Shown here piece after piece: positions 18,522 through 25,770 of a stretch of DNA of 25,770 nucleotides. The notes below the pieces were generated by a model. The model was not told where the DNA came from, made no database searches, and saw nothing but the letters and a program-made list of their open reading frames with translations. Within the stretch, counting starts at the first letter, position 1, and every line of letters begins with the position of its first letter. The stretch is from Candidatus Methylomirabilia bacterium (lineage in GTDB: Bacteria > Methylomirabilota > Methylomirabilia > Rokubacteriales > CSP1-6). The stretch spans positions 1 to 25,770 of the forward strand of contig JBGQHJ010000065.1 of the NCBI GenBank assembly GCA_041497895.1. Direction: 5' to 3'. The translations under genes and the position numbers were made by a program.

Positions 18522-19286
18522 TCACTGGGCCATGAAGCCGCCGTCGATGATCATCTCGGCCCCGGTCATGAACGACGACTCGTCGGAGGCGAGGAAGAGC
18601 GCGGCGTTCGCGATGTCGCGGGGCTGGCCGATCCGGCCCAGGGGGATGCCGGTCTTGAACTCGGCCCGCAGCGCGTCGTTGAGGTACGGAGCCTGGAGCG
18701 GGGTCTCGACGATCCCCGGGTGGATCACGTTCGAGCGGATGTTGTCCTTGGCGAACTGGATCGCGAGCGACTTGTTCAGCGAGATCAGCGCGCCCTTGGC
18801 CGCGGTGTAGGCGTCCTGCGCCCGGGTGAAGCCGGCCAGGGCCGAGACCGAGCCCACCAGGATGATCGAGCCACCGCCGGCGGCCCGCAGGTGCGGGATG
18901 CCGTACTTGGTGACCCAGAAGACGCTCTTGAGGTTGATGGCCATGACGCGGTCCCACTGCTCGCCATCCGTCTCGAGCACCGAGCGGTCGCGATCCTTCC
19001 AGAGCACCCCCGCGTTGTTGTAGAGCACGTGGAGCGCCCCGAACCGGCGCACCCCGTCCTCGATCATGCGCTTCACTTCCGCCTCGACCGCGACGTCGCC
19101 CACGACCGCGAGGGCCTCCCCGCCCGCCTTCTTGACCAGGTCGACGGTCTCCGCGGCGGCCTGCCCGTTGAGGTCGGCGACCACGACCCGCGCGCCCTCC
19201 CGGACGAAGAGCACCGCCGCCTCGCGGCCCATGCCCATGCCGGCGCCGGTGATGAGGGCGATCTTGTTCTGGAGCCTCCCTGGCAT
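18522..19286 (-). CDS. Short-chain dehydrogenase/reductase of the type found with GlnA4-like ligases
   Basis: ITGAGMGMG, NNAG, catalytic YTAAK and IDGG. RBS AAGGAG upstream. Confidence 0.9.
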   Translation of the reverse strand: MPGRLQNKIALITGAGMGMGREAAVLFVREGARVVVADLNGQAAAETVDLVKKAGGEALAVVGDVAVEAEVKRMIEDGVRRFGALHVLYNNAGVLWKDRDRSVLETDGEQWDRVMAINLKSVFWVTKYGIPHLRAAGGGSIILVGSVSALAGFTRAQDAYTAAKGALISLNKSLAIQFAKDNIRSNVIHPGIVETPLQAPYLNDALRAEFKTGIPLGRIGQPRDIANAALFLASDESSFMTGAEMIIDGGFMAQ

Positions 19287-19288
19287 CT

Positions 19289-19444
19289 AGCCGTTCTCCT
19301 TTGTCAGTGGCCTTTGCTTCGTTCCGGCTTCTGACGCTTTGCTGTTCGGCTACCGCCTTTATTTGATTGAACGGTCATCCCAAGGGATGACCTCTGTAAG
19401 GTGGCTTCGCATTTCTTGTAGATTCCGCGGTCAGCCGTTCTCCT
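19289..19444. repeat. 12-bp direct repeat (agccgttctcct at 19289-19300 and 19433-19444) flanking a low-GC segment
   Basis: Exact copies read from the sequence. The minus-strand reading AGGAGAACGGCT contains a Shine-Dalgarno motif. Confidence 0.75.
19373..19392. promoter_or_regulatory. Perfect palindrome GGTCATCCC-aa-GGGATGACC, possible operator
   Basis: 9-bp arms with a 2-nt spacer in an intergenic region. The sequence is certain; the function is inferred. Confidence 0.45.
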
Positions 19445-19473
19445 GCCGGACGTTTCTGTCGGTGCTTCTTGCC

Positions 19474-20844
19474 TTAGATTCGCTCGAAGTTGCGGATCAG
19501 CTCCCAGTCGGTGACGGACTGGTCGAAGGTCTGCTGCTCGAGACGACCGTGCTGGAGGTAGTGCTCCACCACCTTGGGCCCGAAGGCCGCGCGCGCGACC
19601 TCGGAGCGCTCCAGCTCGCCGAGCGCGTCGCGCAGCGTCTTCGGCACCTGGGGCAGCGTGGCGTCCTCGTAGGCGTTGCCCTCGAACATGGCCGGAGGCG
19701 CGAGCTTCTTCTCGACGCCGTGGAGACCGGCCGCGATGGTGGCCGCGAAGGCGAGGTACGGGTTGGCATCCGCCCCCGGGATGCGATTCTCCACCCGGAA
19801 GCCCCCGCCCTCGCCGCAGATCCGGAAACCGCACGTGCGATTGTCCCAGCCCCAGGCGATACGGGTCGGCGCGAAGGAGCCGGCCTGGTAGCGCTTGTAG
19901 GCGTTGATCGTCGGCGCGTAGAAGTAGGCGAGCTCGCGCGCCATCGCCATCTGGCCGGCGAGCCACTGCTGGAAGACCGGCGTGCCCTGGCGCGAGCCGC
20001 CCTTGGCCGCGAAGAGGTTGCGGCGGCCGGCCTGGTCCCACAGCGAGGAGTGCAGGTGGAACGAGGAGCCCGCCGCGCCCATGTCGTACTTCGCCATGAA
20101 CGTCACCGAGCAGCCCTGCTGCCAGGCGATCTCCTTCACCCCGTGCTTGTAGAGCACGTGGCGGTCCGCCATCTCGAGCGCGTCCGCGTAGCGGAGGTTG
20201 ATCTCCTCCTGGCCCCGTCCCCACTCGCCCTTGGAGAACTCCACCGGCACCCGCGCCGCCTCCATGCCGTTGCGGATCGCGCGCACCAGCGGCTCTTCCT
20301 TGGAGGTCTGGAGGATGTGGTAGTCCTCCAGGTAGTTCGAGACCGGGGTGAGGCCGTGGTAGCGCTTGGCGCGGGCCTCGTCGAAGGACTCGCGGAAGAG
20401 GTAGAGCTCGAGCTCGGAGGCCGTCTTCACCCGGTAGCCGATCCGCGCCGCCCGCTCGAGCTGGCGCCTCAGCACCCAGCGGGGCGACTCCTCCAGGGGC
20501 TCGCCCTCCTCGGAGTAGACGTCGCAGAAGACGAGCGCGGTCTTGGGCAGCCATGGGAGCAGGCGCCAGGTGGTGAGGTCGGGCACGAGCTTCATGTCGC
20601 CGTAGCCGCGCTCCCACGAGGTGAGTCTGAAGCCCGGCAGCGGCTCCATCTCCATGTCCACCGTGAAGAGGTAGATGCAGGCGTGGACGCCGTCGTGCAG
20701 CACGTGGTCCAGGAAGTAGCGGCCGACCACCCGCTTGCCCATCAGGCGCCCGAGCCCGTCCGCGAAGACGGTGAGGACGGTGTCGACGTCGCCCTTCTTG
20801 ATCAGCGACTCGAGGCCCTTGGGGTCTGCCCGATCCTCAGGCAC
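19474..20844 (-). CDS. Glutamine synthetase-like gamma-glutamyl-amine ligase (GlnA4/PuuA-like)
   Basis: GRLMGKR, SWERGYGD, ELELYL, KGEWGRGQEEIN, GSSFHLHSSL, YKRY, DNRTCGFR and ENRIPGADANPYL. The N-terminal region resembles the actinobacterial GlnA4 type rather than housekeeping GSI. Confidence 0.88.
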   Translation of the reverse strand: MPEDRADPKGLESLIKKGDVDTVLTVFADGLGRLMGKRVVGRYFLDHVLHDGVHACIYLFTVDMEMEPLPGFRLTSWERGYGDMKLVPDLTTWRLLPWLPKTALVFCDVYSEEGEPLEESPRWVLRRQLERAARIGYRVKTASELELYLFRESFDEARAKRYHGLTPVSNYLEDYHILQTSKEEPLVRAIRNGMEAARVPVEFSKGEWGRGQEEINLRYADALEMADRHVLYKHGVKEIAWQQGCSVTFMAKYDMGAAGSSFHLHSSLWDQAGRRNLFAAKGGSRQGTPVFQQWLAGQMAMARELAYFYAPTINAYKRYQAGSFAPTRIAWGWDNRTCGFRICGEGGGFRVENRIPGADANPYLAFAATIAAGLHGVEKKLAPPAMFEGNAYEDATLPQVPKTLRDALGELERSEVARAAFGPKVVEHYLQHGRLEQQTFDQSVTDWELIRNFERI

Positions 20845-20918
20845 AGAGGTGTCTCCCGGCGGGGACGAACGACGTAAGGAAGAGGAGGCGCCGCAAAGCG
20901 CCGCAATCTTACCCCAAC

Positions 20919-21005
20919 GGGGTCAGGTCTTGCATTCCGACATTTGATGTACGACGGACGACACACTCCGCCCGCGGCGAATGTCGGAATGCAAGACCTG
21001 ACCCC
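20919..21005. repeat. Perfect 26-bp inverted repeat with 35-bp spacer (REP/REPIN- or MITE-like)
   Basis: ggggtcaggtcttgcattccgacatt (20919-20944) and its exact reverse complement aatgtcggaatgcaagacctgacccc (20980-21005). Confidence 0.9.
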
Positions 21006-21006
21006 T

Positions 21007-22164
21007 TCAGCTGATCGGGACGGGAGGGATGAGGAGGATCAGCAGGATGAGGCAGCCGACGCCCAGGACGTAGCGGCGGGGTGAGACCGGGGTGAGGTCG
21101 TCGAGCGGCGGCGGGTGGTGGAAACCCATCAGGAGCAGGATCAGGCCGGCGAAGACGATCCAGTTCGCGGAGCGGAACACCGCGCCCAGGGCCATCAGGC
21201 CCACGAAGGTGGCGATGGAGACCTGGCGGTGCCAGGGCCCGAACAGCGCGTAGGCGATGCGGCCGCCGTCGAGCTGGCCCACCGGGAACAGGTTGAGCGC
21301 GGTGACGTAGAGTCCCACCCATCCCGCCAGCGCCACCGGGTGCACGAAAACGTCCATGCCCGGCGGGATCGACCCGAACACCAGCCAGGTGAGCGCCCGC
21401 ATCAGCAGCGAGTCGCCGAAGGTGAGCCCGCTGTGCTCCGGCAGCAGCATGCCCAGCTTGGACCACGAGAGCCCGAGCAGCAGGGCCGGCACCGCGACCA
21501 CCAGCCCGGCCAGCGGCCCCGCGACCGCGATGTCGAAGAGCGAGTTGCGGTCGCGCGCGGGTGAGCGCATGCGGATCACCGCCCCCAGGGTGCCGAACAG
21601 GAAGATGGGCGGCGGCGCCGGGATGAAGAAGGGCAGGCTCACCGAGGCCCCGTGGAAGCGGGCCGTGAAGTAGTGGCCGAACTCGTGGGTGCCCAGGATC
21701 GCGAGCAGGGTGAACGCGAACGGCACGCCGTCGAGCAGCCGCACCGGCTGGAGGAACGGGTTGAAGGTCACGAACGGAAACGAGCCGTTGACCAGGCAGC
21801 CCGCGGCCAGGGTCGAGAGCACGGTCAGCACGAACAGGAGCAGGTTGACGCCCGACCGGGTCCGCTCGCTCGCCTCGGCCAGCGGCACCGCGCGGATCCA
21901 GACCAGGTCTCCCTGCCGGCCGAGGAACGGGGTGAAGCCGAAGGGCTTGAAGCGCGGCTCGATCAGGGCCAGGGCGCGCGCCGGCTCCACCAGCAGGGTC
22001 CCGCCCCAGGCGAAGGTGGCCCCGCGGATCTCCTGCCGCTCGACGCGGAAGACGTCCTCCACGTTTCGCCGCAGCAGGTCCTCGACGACCGCGAAGCGCT
22101 CGAGCGAGGTCCCGTCGAGGCCGGCGACCGCGGGCGCCGCCGATTGAAACGGCCAGAGTCGCAT
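21007..22164 (-). CDS. Site-2 protease family (M50) intramembrane zinc metalloprotease
   Basis: HEFGH zinc motif, DIAVAGPLAG, NLFPVGQLDGG and multiple TM helices. Confidence 0.92.
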   Translation of the reverse strand: MRLWPFQSAAPAVAGLDGTSLERFAVVEDLLRRNVEDVFRVERQEIRGATFAWGGTLLVEPARALALIEPRFKPFGFTPFLGRQGDLVWIRAVPLAEASERTRSGVNLLLFVLTVLSTLAAGCLVNGSFPFVTFNPFLQPVRLLDGVPFAFTLLAILGTHEFGHYFTARFHGASVSLPFFIPAPPPIFLFGTLGAVIRMRSPARDRNSLFDIAVAGPLAGLVVAVPALLLGLSWSKLGMLLPEHSGLTFGDSLLMRALTWLVFGSIPPGMDVFVHPVALAGWVGLYVTALNLFPVGQLDGGRIAYALFGPWHRQVSIATFVGLMALGAVFRSANWIVFAGLILLLMGFHHPPPLDDLTPVSPRRYVLGVGCLILLILLIPPVPIS

Positions 22165-22173
22165 GGGTGCAGG

Positions 22174-22623
22174 TTACCACACGGCCAGCCGCGCGATCGC
22201 GGGCCGGCAGGCGTCGAGCCCGCCGTCGAGGTAGATCACGCCGAGCACCGCCTCGAGCGCGGTGGCGAGCACCGACTCCTTGGCGCGCCCGCCCATCTGC
22301 TCCTCGCCCCGCCCGAGCCACAGGTGCGCGCCGAGGTCGACCGCGGCCGCCCAGCGGGCCAGGTTCTCCCCCGACACCAGGGCGGCCCGGCGCGGGGTGA
22401 GCACGCCCACCGGCTCCTCCGGTGCGGCCGCGAGCAGGCGCTCGGCCACCACCAGGGACAGTACCGCGTCGCCCAGGAGGGCGAGGCGCTCGTTGTCCCG
22501 GCTGCCCGGGTTCTCGTTGGCGAAGGAGCGGTGGGTGAGCGCCTCCCGCAGGAGGCCCGGGTCACGGAAGGCGTGGCCGAGACGGCCGCCCAGCGTCGCC
22601 CGCGGGTCGGCCGCGACCGTCAA
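22174..22623 (-). CDS. rnc: Ribonuclease III catalytic-domain-only protein (no dsRBD)
   Basis: ALTHRSF, NERLALLGDAVL, LGRGEEQMGGRAKESVLATALEAVLGVIYLDGG. The ORF ends at 149 aa and lies directly after fabF; TTG start. Confidence 0.8.
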   Translation of the reverse strand: MTVAADPRATLGGRLGHAFRDPGLLREALTHRSFANENPGSRDNERLALLGDAVLSLVVAERLLAAAPEEPVGVLTPRRAALVSGENLARWAAAVDLGAHLWLGRGEEQMGGRAKESVLATALEAVLGVIYLDGGLDACRPAIARLAVW

Positions 22624-23877
22624 CTAGGGGCGATACTTCCGGAGGACGATGGTGGCGTTCGTGCCGCCGAAGCCGAACGCGTTGCTCAGCGCGACCTCCA
22701 CGTCCTGCTTGCGCGCCTGGTTCGGGACGTAGTCCAGATCGCAGTCCGGGTCGGGCGTCTCGTAGTTGATCGTCGGCGGCAGGATCCCGTGGTGGATGGC
22801 GAACGCGGTCGCGATCGCCTCGATCCCGCCCGCCGCGCCCAGCAGGTGGCCGGTCATGGACTTCGTGGAGGACACCGCGAGCTTCCGCGCGTGCTCGCCG
22901 AACACCCGCTTGATGGCCATGGTCTCCGACTTGTCGTTGTAGGGCGTCGAGGTCCCGTGGGCGTTGATGTAGCCCACCGCCGACGGCTCGACCCCCGCGT
23001 CCTTCATCGCCAGCGCCATCGCGCGGGCCGCCCCGTCCGCCTCCGGATCCGGCGCGGTCATGTGGTGGGCGTCGCCGGTCATGCCGTAGCCGACCACCTC
23101 CGCGTAGATCCGCGCGTCGCGCCCGAGCGCGTGGTCGAGCGACTCCAGCACCAGGAGCCCGCCCCCTTCGCCGCAGACGAAGCCGTCGCGGGTGGCGTCG
23201 AAGGGGCGGCTCGCGCGGGCGGGATCATCGTTCCGGGTCGACATCGCCTTCATCTGGCAGAAGCCCGCGAAGGTGAGCGGCAGGATGATCGCCTCCGCCC
23301 CGCCCGCGATCATGATGTCGGCGTCGTCGCGCTGGATGATCCTCATCGCGTCGCCGATCGCGTGGTTGCCGGTGGCGCACGCGGTGACCACCGAGGAGTT
23401 CGGCCCCTTGGCCCCGAAGCGCATCGAGATCAGCCCCGAGGCCATGTTCACGATCAGCATCGGGATGAAGAACGGGGAGACGCGGTCCGGCCCCTTCTCG
23501 AGCAGGACCTTGTGGGTCTCGAGCAGGGTGGTGATCCCGCCGATGCCGGAGCCCACCAGCACCCCGAAGCGGGTGCGGTCCACCCGCTCGACGTTGAGCC
23601 CGGCGTCCTCCACCGCCATCACCGCGCAGGCGATCGCGTACTTGAGGAACGGGTCGAGCTTGCGGTCGTCCTTCTTGTCGATGTAGCGGAGCGCGTCGAA
23701 CCCCTTCAGCTCGCCCGCGATCTTGGTGGGCAGCGGCGTAGCGTCGAACCGGGTGATGGGACCGATCCCCGACTTCCCCTGGATCAGCGCGGCCCAGAAC
23801 TCCTCGGCCGTGTTGCCCACGGGGGTGACGGCTCCCACCCCGGTGATGACGACGCGACGCATCTCCACCGTCTTCAT
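22624..23877 (-). CDS. fabF: 3-oxoacyl-ACP synthase II
   Basis: [15 protein letters not shown] (Cys), YINAHGTST (His), [12 protein letters not shown] (His) and [10 protein letters not shown]. Confidence 0.96.
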   Translation of the reverse strand: MKTVEMRRVVITGVGAVTPVGNTAEEFWAALIQGKSGIGPITRFDATPLPTKIAGELKGFDALRYIDKKDDRKLDPFLKYAIACAVMAVEDAGLNVERVDRTRFGVLVGSGIGGITTLLETHKVLLEKGPDRVSPFFIPMLIVNMASGLISMRFGAKGPNSSVVTACATGNHAIGDAMRIIQRDDADIMIAGGAEAIILPLTFAGFCQMKAMSTRNDDPARASRPFDATRDGFVCGEGGGLLVLESLDHALGRDARIYAEVVGYGMTGDAHHMTAPDPEADGAARAMALAMKDAGVEPSAVGYINAHGTSTPYNDKSETMAIKRVFGEHARKLAVSSTKSMTGHLLGAAGGIEAIATAFAIHHGILPPTINYETPDPDCDLDYVPNQARKQDVEVALSNAFGFGGTNATIVLRKYRP

Positions 23878-23892
23878 CCCGCCCCGCCGCGC

Positions 23893-24129
23893 CTACGAGT
23901 TCTCTTTGATGTAGCTGATGGCGTCCCCGACGGTGGCGATCTTCTCGGCATCCTCGTCGGGGATCTCGAGGTCGAACTCCTCCTCGAAAGCCATCACGAG
24001 CTCGACGGTATCGAGGGAGTCCGCGCCCAGGTCCTCGATGAACTTGGCCGCGGGCAGCACCTCGTCTTCTTCGACTCCGAGCTGCTCCACGATGATCTCC
24101 TTCACGCGCTCCTCAACCGGCTTCGCCAT
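23893..24129 (-). CDS. acpP: Acyl carrier protein
   Basis: [20 protein letters not shown] with the phosphopantetheine Ser; strong RBS. Confidence 0.97.
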   Translation of the reverse strand: MAKPVEERVKEIIVEQLGVEEDEVLPAAKFIEDLGADSLDTVELVMAFEEEFDLEIPDEDAEKIATVGDAISYIKENS

Positions 24130-24165
24130 GCCCTCCCTCCTGACTGCGAGTGATTCTGGATTCGA

Positions 24166-24918
24166 TCAGACGTACAGCCCACCGTTCACGTGGATCGTCT
24201 GGCCCGTGATGTAGCTCGCCCCGTCGCCGGCCAGGAAGCGCACCACCTCCGCCACCTCGCGCCCCTGGCCGATGCGCTTCAACGGCACCTGCTGCAGCAT
24301 CGCCTCCCGCGCCTCCGCGGGAATCGCGGCCGCCATGTCGGTCTCGATCAGCCCGGGCGCCACCGCGTTCACGAGGATGTTCCAGTGCGCCAGCTCGCGC
24401 CCCGCCGCCTTGGTGAGCCCGATCACGCCGGCCTTGGCCGCCGAGTAGTTCACCTGCCCCGGATTGCCCATCGCCCCCGCGGTGGACGCGATGTTGATGA
24501 TGCGCCCGCTCCTCTGCCTCATCATCACCTTGCCGACCGCGCGGGTCATCAGGAACACGCCTCGCAGGTTCGTGTCGAGCACCTGGTCCCAGTCGTCGTC
24601 CTTCATGCGGACGAGGAGCTGATCCCGCGTGATCCCGGCGTTGTTCACCAGCACGTCGATACGCCCGAAGCGCTCGCGCGTCGCCTCCACCAGGCGGTCC
24701 GCGTCCTCGCGCTTCGCCGCGTCCGCCACCACCCCCATCGCGGGCGCGCCCAGCGATTCCAGCTCTTTGACCGCGGCCTCCAGACGCGCCGCGTCGCGGC
24801 CAGAGACTACCACGGAGGCGCCGTCCTCTGCCAGCAACCGGGCGATCGCGAGCCCGATCCCACGGGTGCCGCCGGTGACGATCGCGACCTTGCCGGCCAG
24901 GGTCTTCGCCTCGGTCAC
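24166..24918 (-). CDS. fabG: 3-oxoacyl-ACP reductase
   Basis: VTGGTRGIG, NNAGITRDQLLVRMK, GQVNYSAAKAG and YITGQTIHVNGG. GTG start overlaps the fabD stop; lies between fabD and acpP. Confidence 0.95.
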   Translation of the reverse strand: MTEAKTLAGKVAIVTGGTRGIGLAIARLLAEDGASVVVSGRDAARLEAAVKELESLGAPAMGVVADAAKREDADRLVEATRERFGRIDVLVNNAGITRDQLLVRMKDDDWDQVLDTNLRGVFLMTRAVGKVMMRQRSGRIINIASTAGAMGNPGQVNYSAAKAGVIGLTKAAGRELAHWNILVNAVAPGLIETDMAAAIPAEAREAMLQQVPLKRIGQGREVAEVVRFLAGDGASYITGQTIHVNGGLYV

Positions 24919-25770
24919 GCCGGCTCCCCCGCCAGGGCGGCCACCGCCTTCTCGAGCGAGGCGAGATCCTCCACCGCGTGGCCCCGCACCCCGTCGAGCG
25001 TACGCTTGAGCAGACCGGTGAGCACCCGGCCCGGGCCCACCTCGAGGAACGCGGTGGCTCCCTCGCGCGCCAGGCGCTCCACGCAGTCCGTCCACCGCAC
25101 CGGGCTCGCCACCTGCTGGACCAGGAACGGCTTCACCTCGTCGGCGGACGTGGTGACCCCGCCGTCCACGTTGCGCACGATCCGGATGTGCGGCGCGGAG
25201 ACCGCGACCCGGTCGAGCTCGCCCGCGAGGCGATCCGCGGCCGGCTTCATGAGCGCGCAGTGGAAGGGCGCGCTCACCGGGAGCATCACGCTCTTCCTGG
25301 CCCCGCGCGCGGCCGCGCCCGCCACCGCACGCTCCACCGCGCTGCGGTGGCCCGCGATGACGATCTGCCCCGGTGAGTTGATGTTGGCCACCCCGACCAC
25401 CTCGCCCTGCGCGGCCTCCGCGCACAGCTGCTCGGCGGCGGCCAGGTCCACGCCCATGAGCGCGGCCATCGCCCCGGTGCCCACCGGCACCGCCTCCTGC
25501 ATGAACTCGCCGCGCCGGCGCACCAGACGCACCGCCTCCGCGAAGCGCAGCGCGCCCCCCACCACCAGCGCGGAGTACTCGCCCAGGCTGTGGCCCGCGG
25601 CCAGGTCGGGGCTCACCCCCCGCTCGGCGAGCGCGGCCGCCGCGGCCACGCTCGCGGTGAGCACCGCGGGCTGGGTGTTGGCGGTCAGCCCGAGGTCCTC
25701 GGCCGGGCCCTCGAAGCACAGGCGCGAGAGCGGGAAGCCGAGCGCGGCGTCCGCCTCGGCCCACACCGCC
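24915..25770 (-). CDS. fabD: Malonyl-CoA:ACP transacylase, 5'-truncated by window edge
   Basis: NTQPAVL, GHSLGEY (catalytic Ser), VSAPFHC, PVRW and EVGPGRVL. Confidence 0.95.
   Translation of the reverse strand, partial: AVWAEADAALGFPLSRLCFEGPAEDLGLTANTQPAVLTASVAAAAALAERGVSPDLAAGHSLGEYSALVVGGALRFAEAVRLVRRRGEFMQEAVPVGTGAMAALMGVDLAAAEQLCAEAAQGEVVGVANINSPGQIVIAGHRSAVERAVAGAAARGARKSVMLPVSAPFHCALMKPAADRLAGELDRVAVSAPHIRIVRNVDGGVTTSADEVKPFLVQQVASPVRWTDCVERLAREGATAFLEVGPGRVLTGLLKRTLDGVRGHAVEDLASLEKAVAALAGEPA

Noticed and set aside
19359..19412. 17-aa minus-strand micro-ORF MRSHLTEVIPWDDRSIK in the low-GC spacer
   Set aside because: The nearest Shine-Dalgarno is about 27 nt away, codon usage is atypical and there is no other support.
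19474..20844. Calling the ligase housekeeping glutamine synthetase glnA
   Set aside because: Its N-terminal motifs and SDR neighbour match the GlnA4/PuuA-like glutamylation class, so no gene symbol was assigned.
20906..20935. Ligase promoter with -10 TAAGAT (20906-20911, minus strand) and a -35 supplied by the inverted-repeat arm
   Set aside because: The -10 is plausible, but the -35 candidate (ATGCAA, 18-nt spacing) is too weak to support the claim.
22624..25770. Possible type II PKS or specialised-metabolite cluster (KS, ACP, KR, AT)
   Set aside because: The order fabD-fabG-acpP-fabF-rnc and the motifs match the housekeeping fatty-acid operon. No chain-length factor or cyclase is present.

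Overview
High-GC (roughly 70% by eye) bacterial chromosomal segment with about 24 densely packed genes, most on the minus strand. Gene style is reminiscent of Candidatus Rokubacteria/Methylomirabilota, but this is inference only. From left to right: (1) the 3' end of a caspase-like (C14) protease followed by a signal-peptide-bearing protein of 42-aa TPR repeats; (2) a translationally coupled signalling trio of a soluble 5xGAF-PAS hybrid histidine kinase, a receiver-PP2C phosphatase and an orphan PgtC-like solute-binding protein; (3) a methyltransferase, a Cof-type HAD hydrolase, a YHS/TRASH microprotein, a small hypothetical and a divergent NUDIX hydrolase; (4) a putative amine-catabolism run of a GlnA4-type gamma-glutamyl ligase, an SDR, a PhnS2-type (2-aminoethylphosphonate-like) ABC transporter with a complete recQ wedged between its binding-protein and ATPase genes, a cupin and a second SDR; (5) a perfect 26-bp inverted-repeat element; (6) a site-2 protease, a dsRBD-less RNase III with Mini-III-like active-site substitutions, and fabF-acpP-fabG-fabD. 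No rRNA, tRNA, CRISPR array or transposase was seen. The most notable items are the GlnA4/AEP-like transporter linkage, the embedded recQ, the unusual RNase III, the kinase-PP2C-PgtC module and the inverted repeat. Family assignments come from motif recognition, not database searches.
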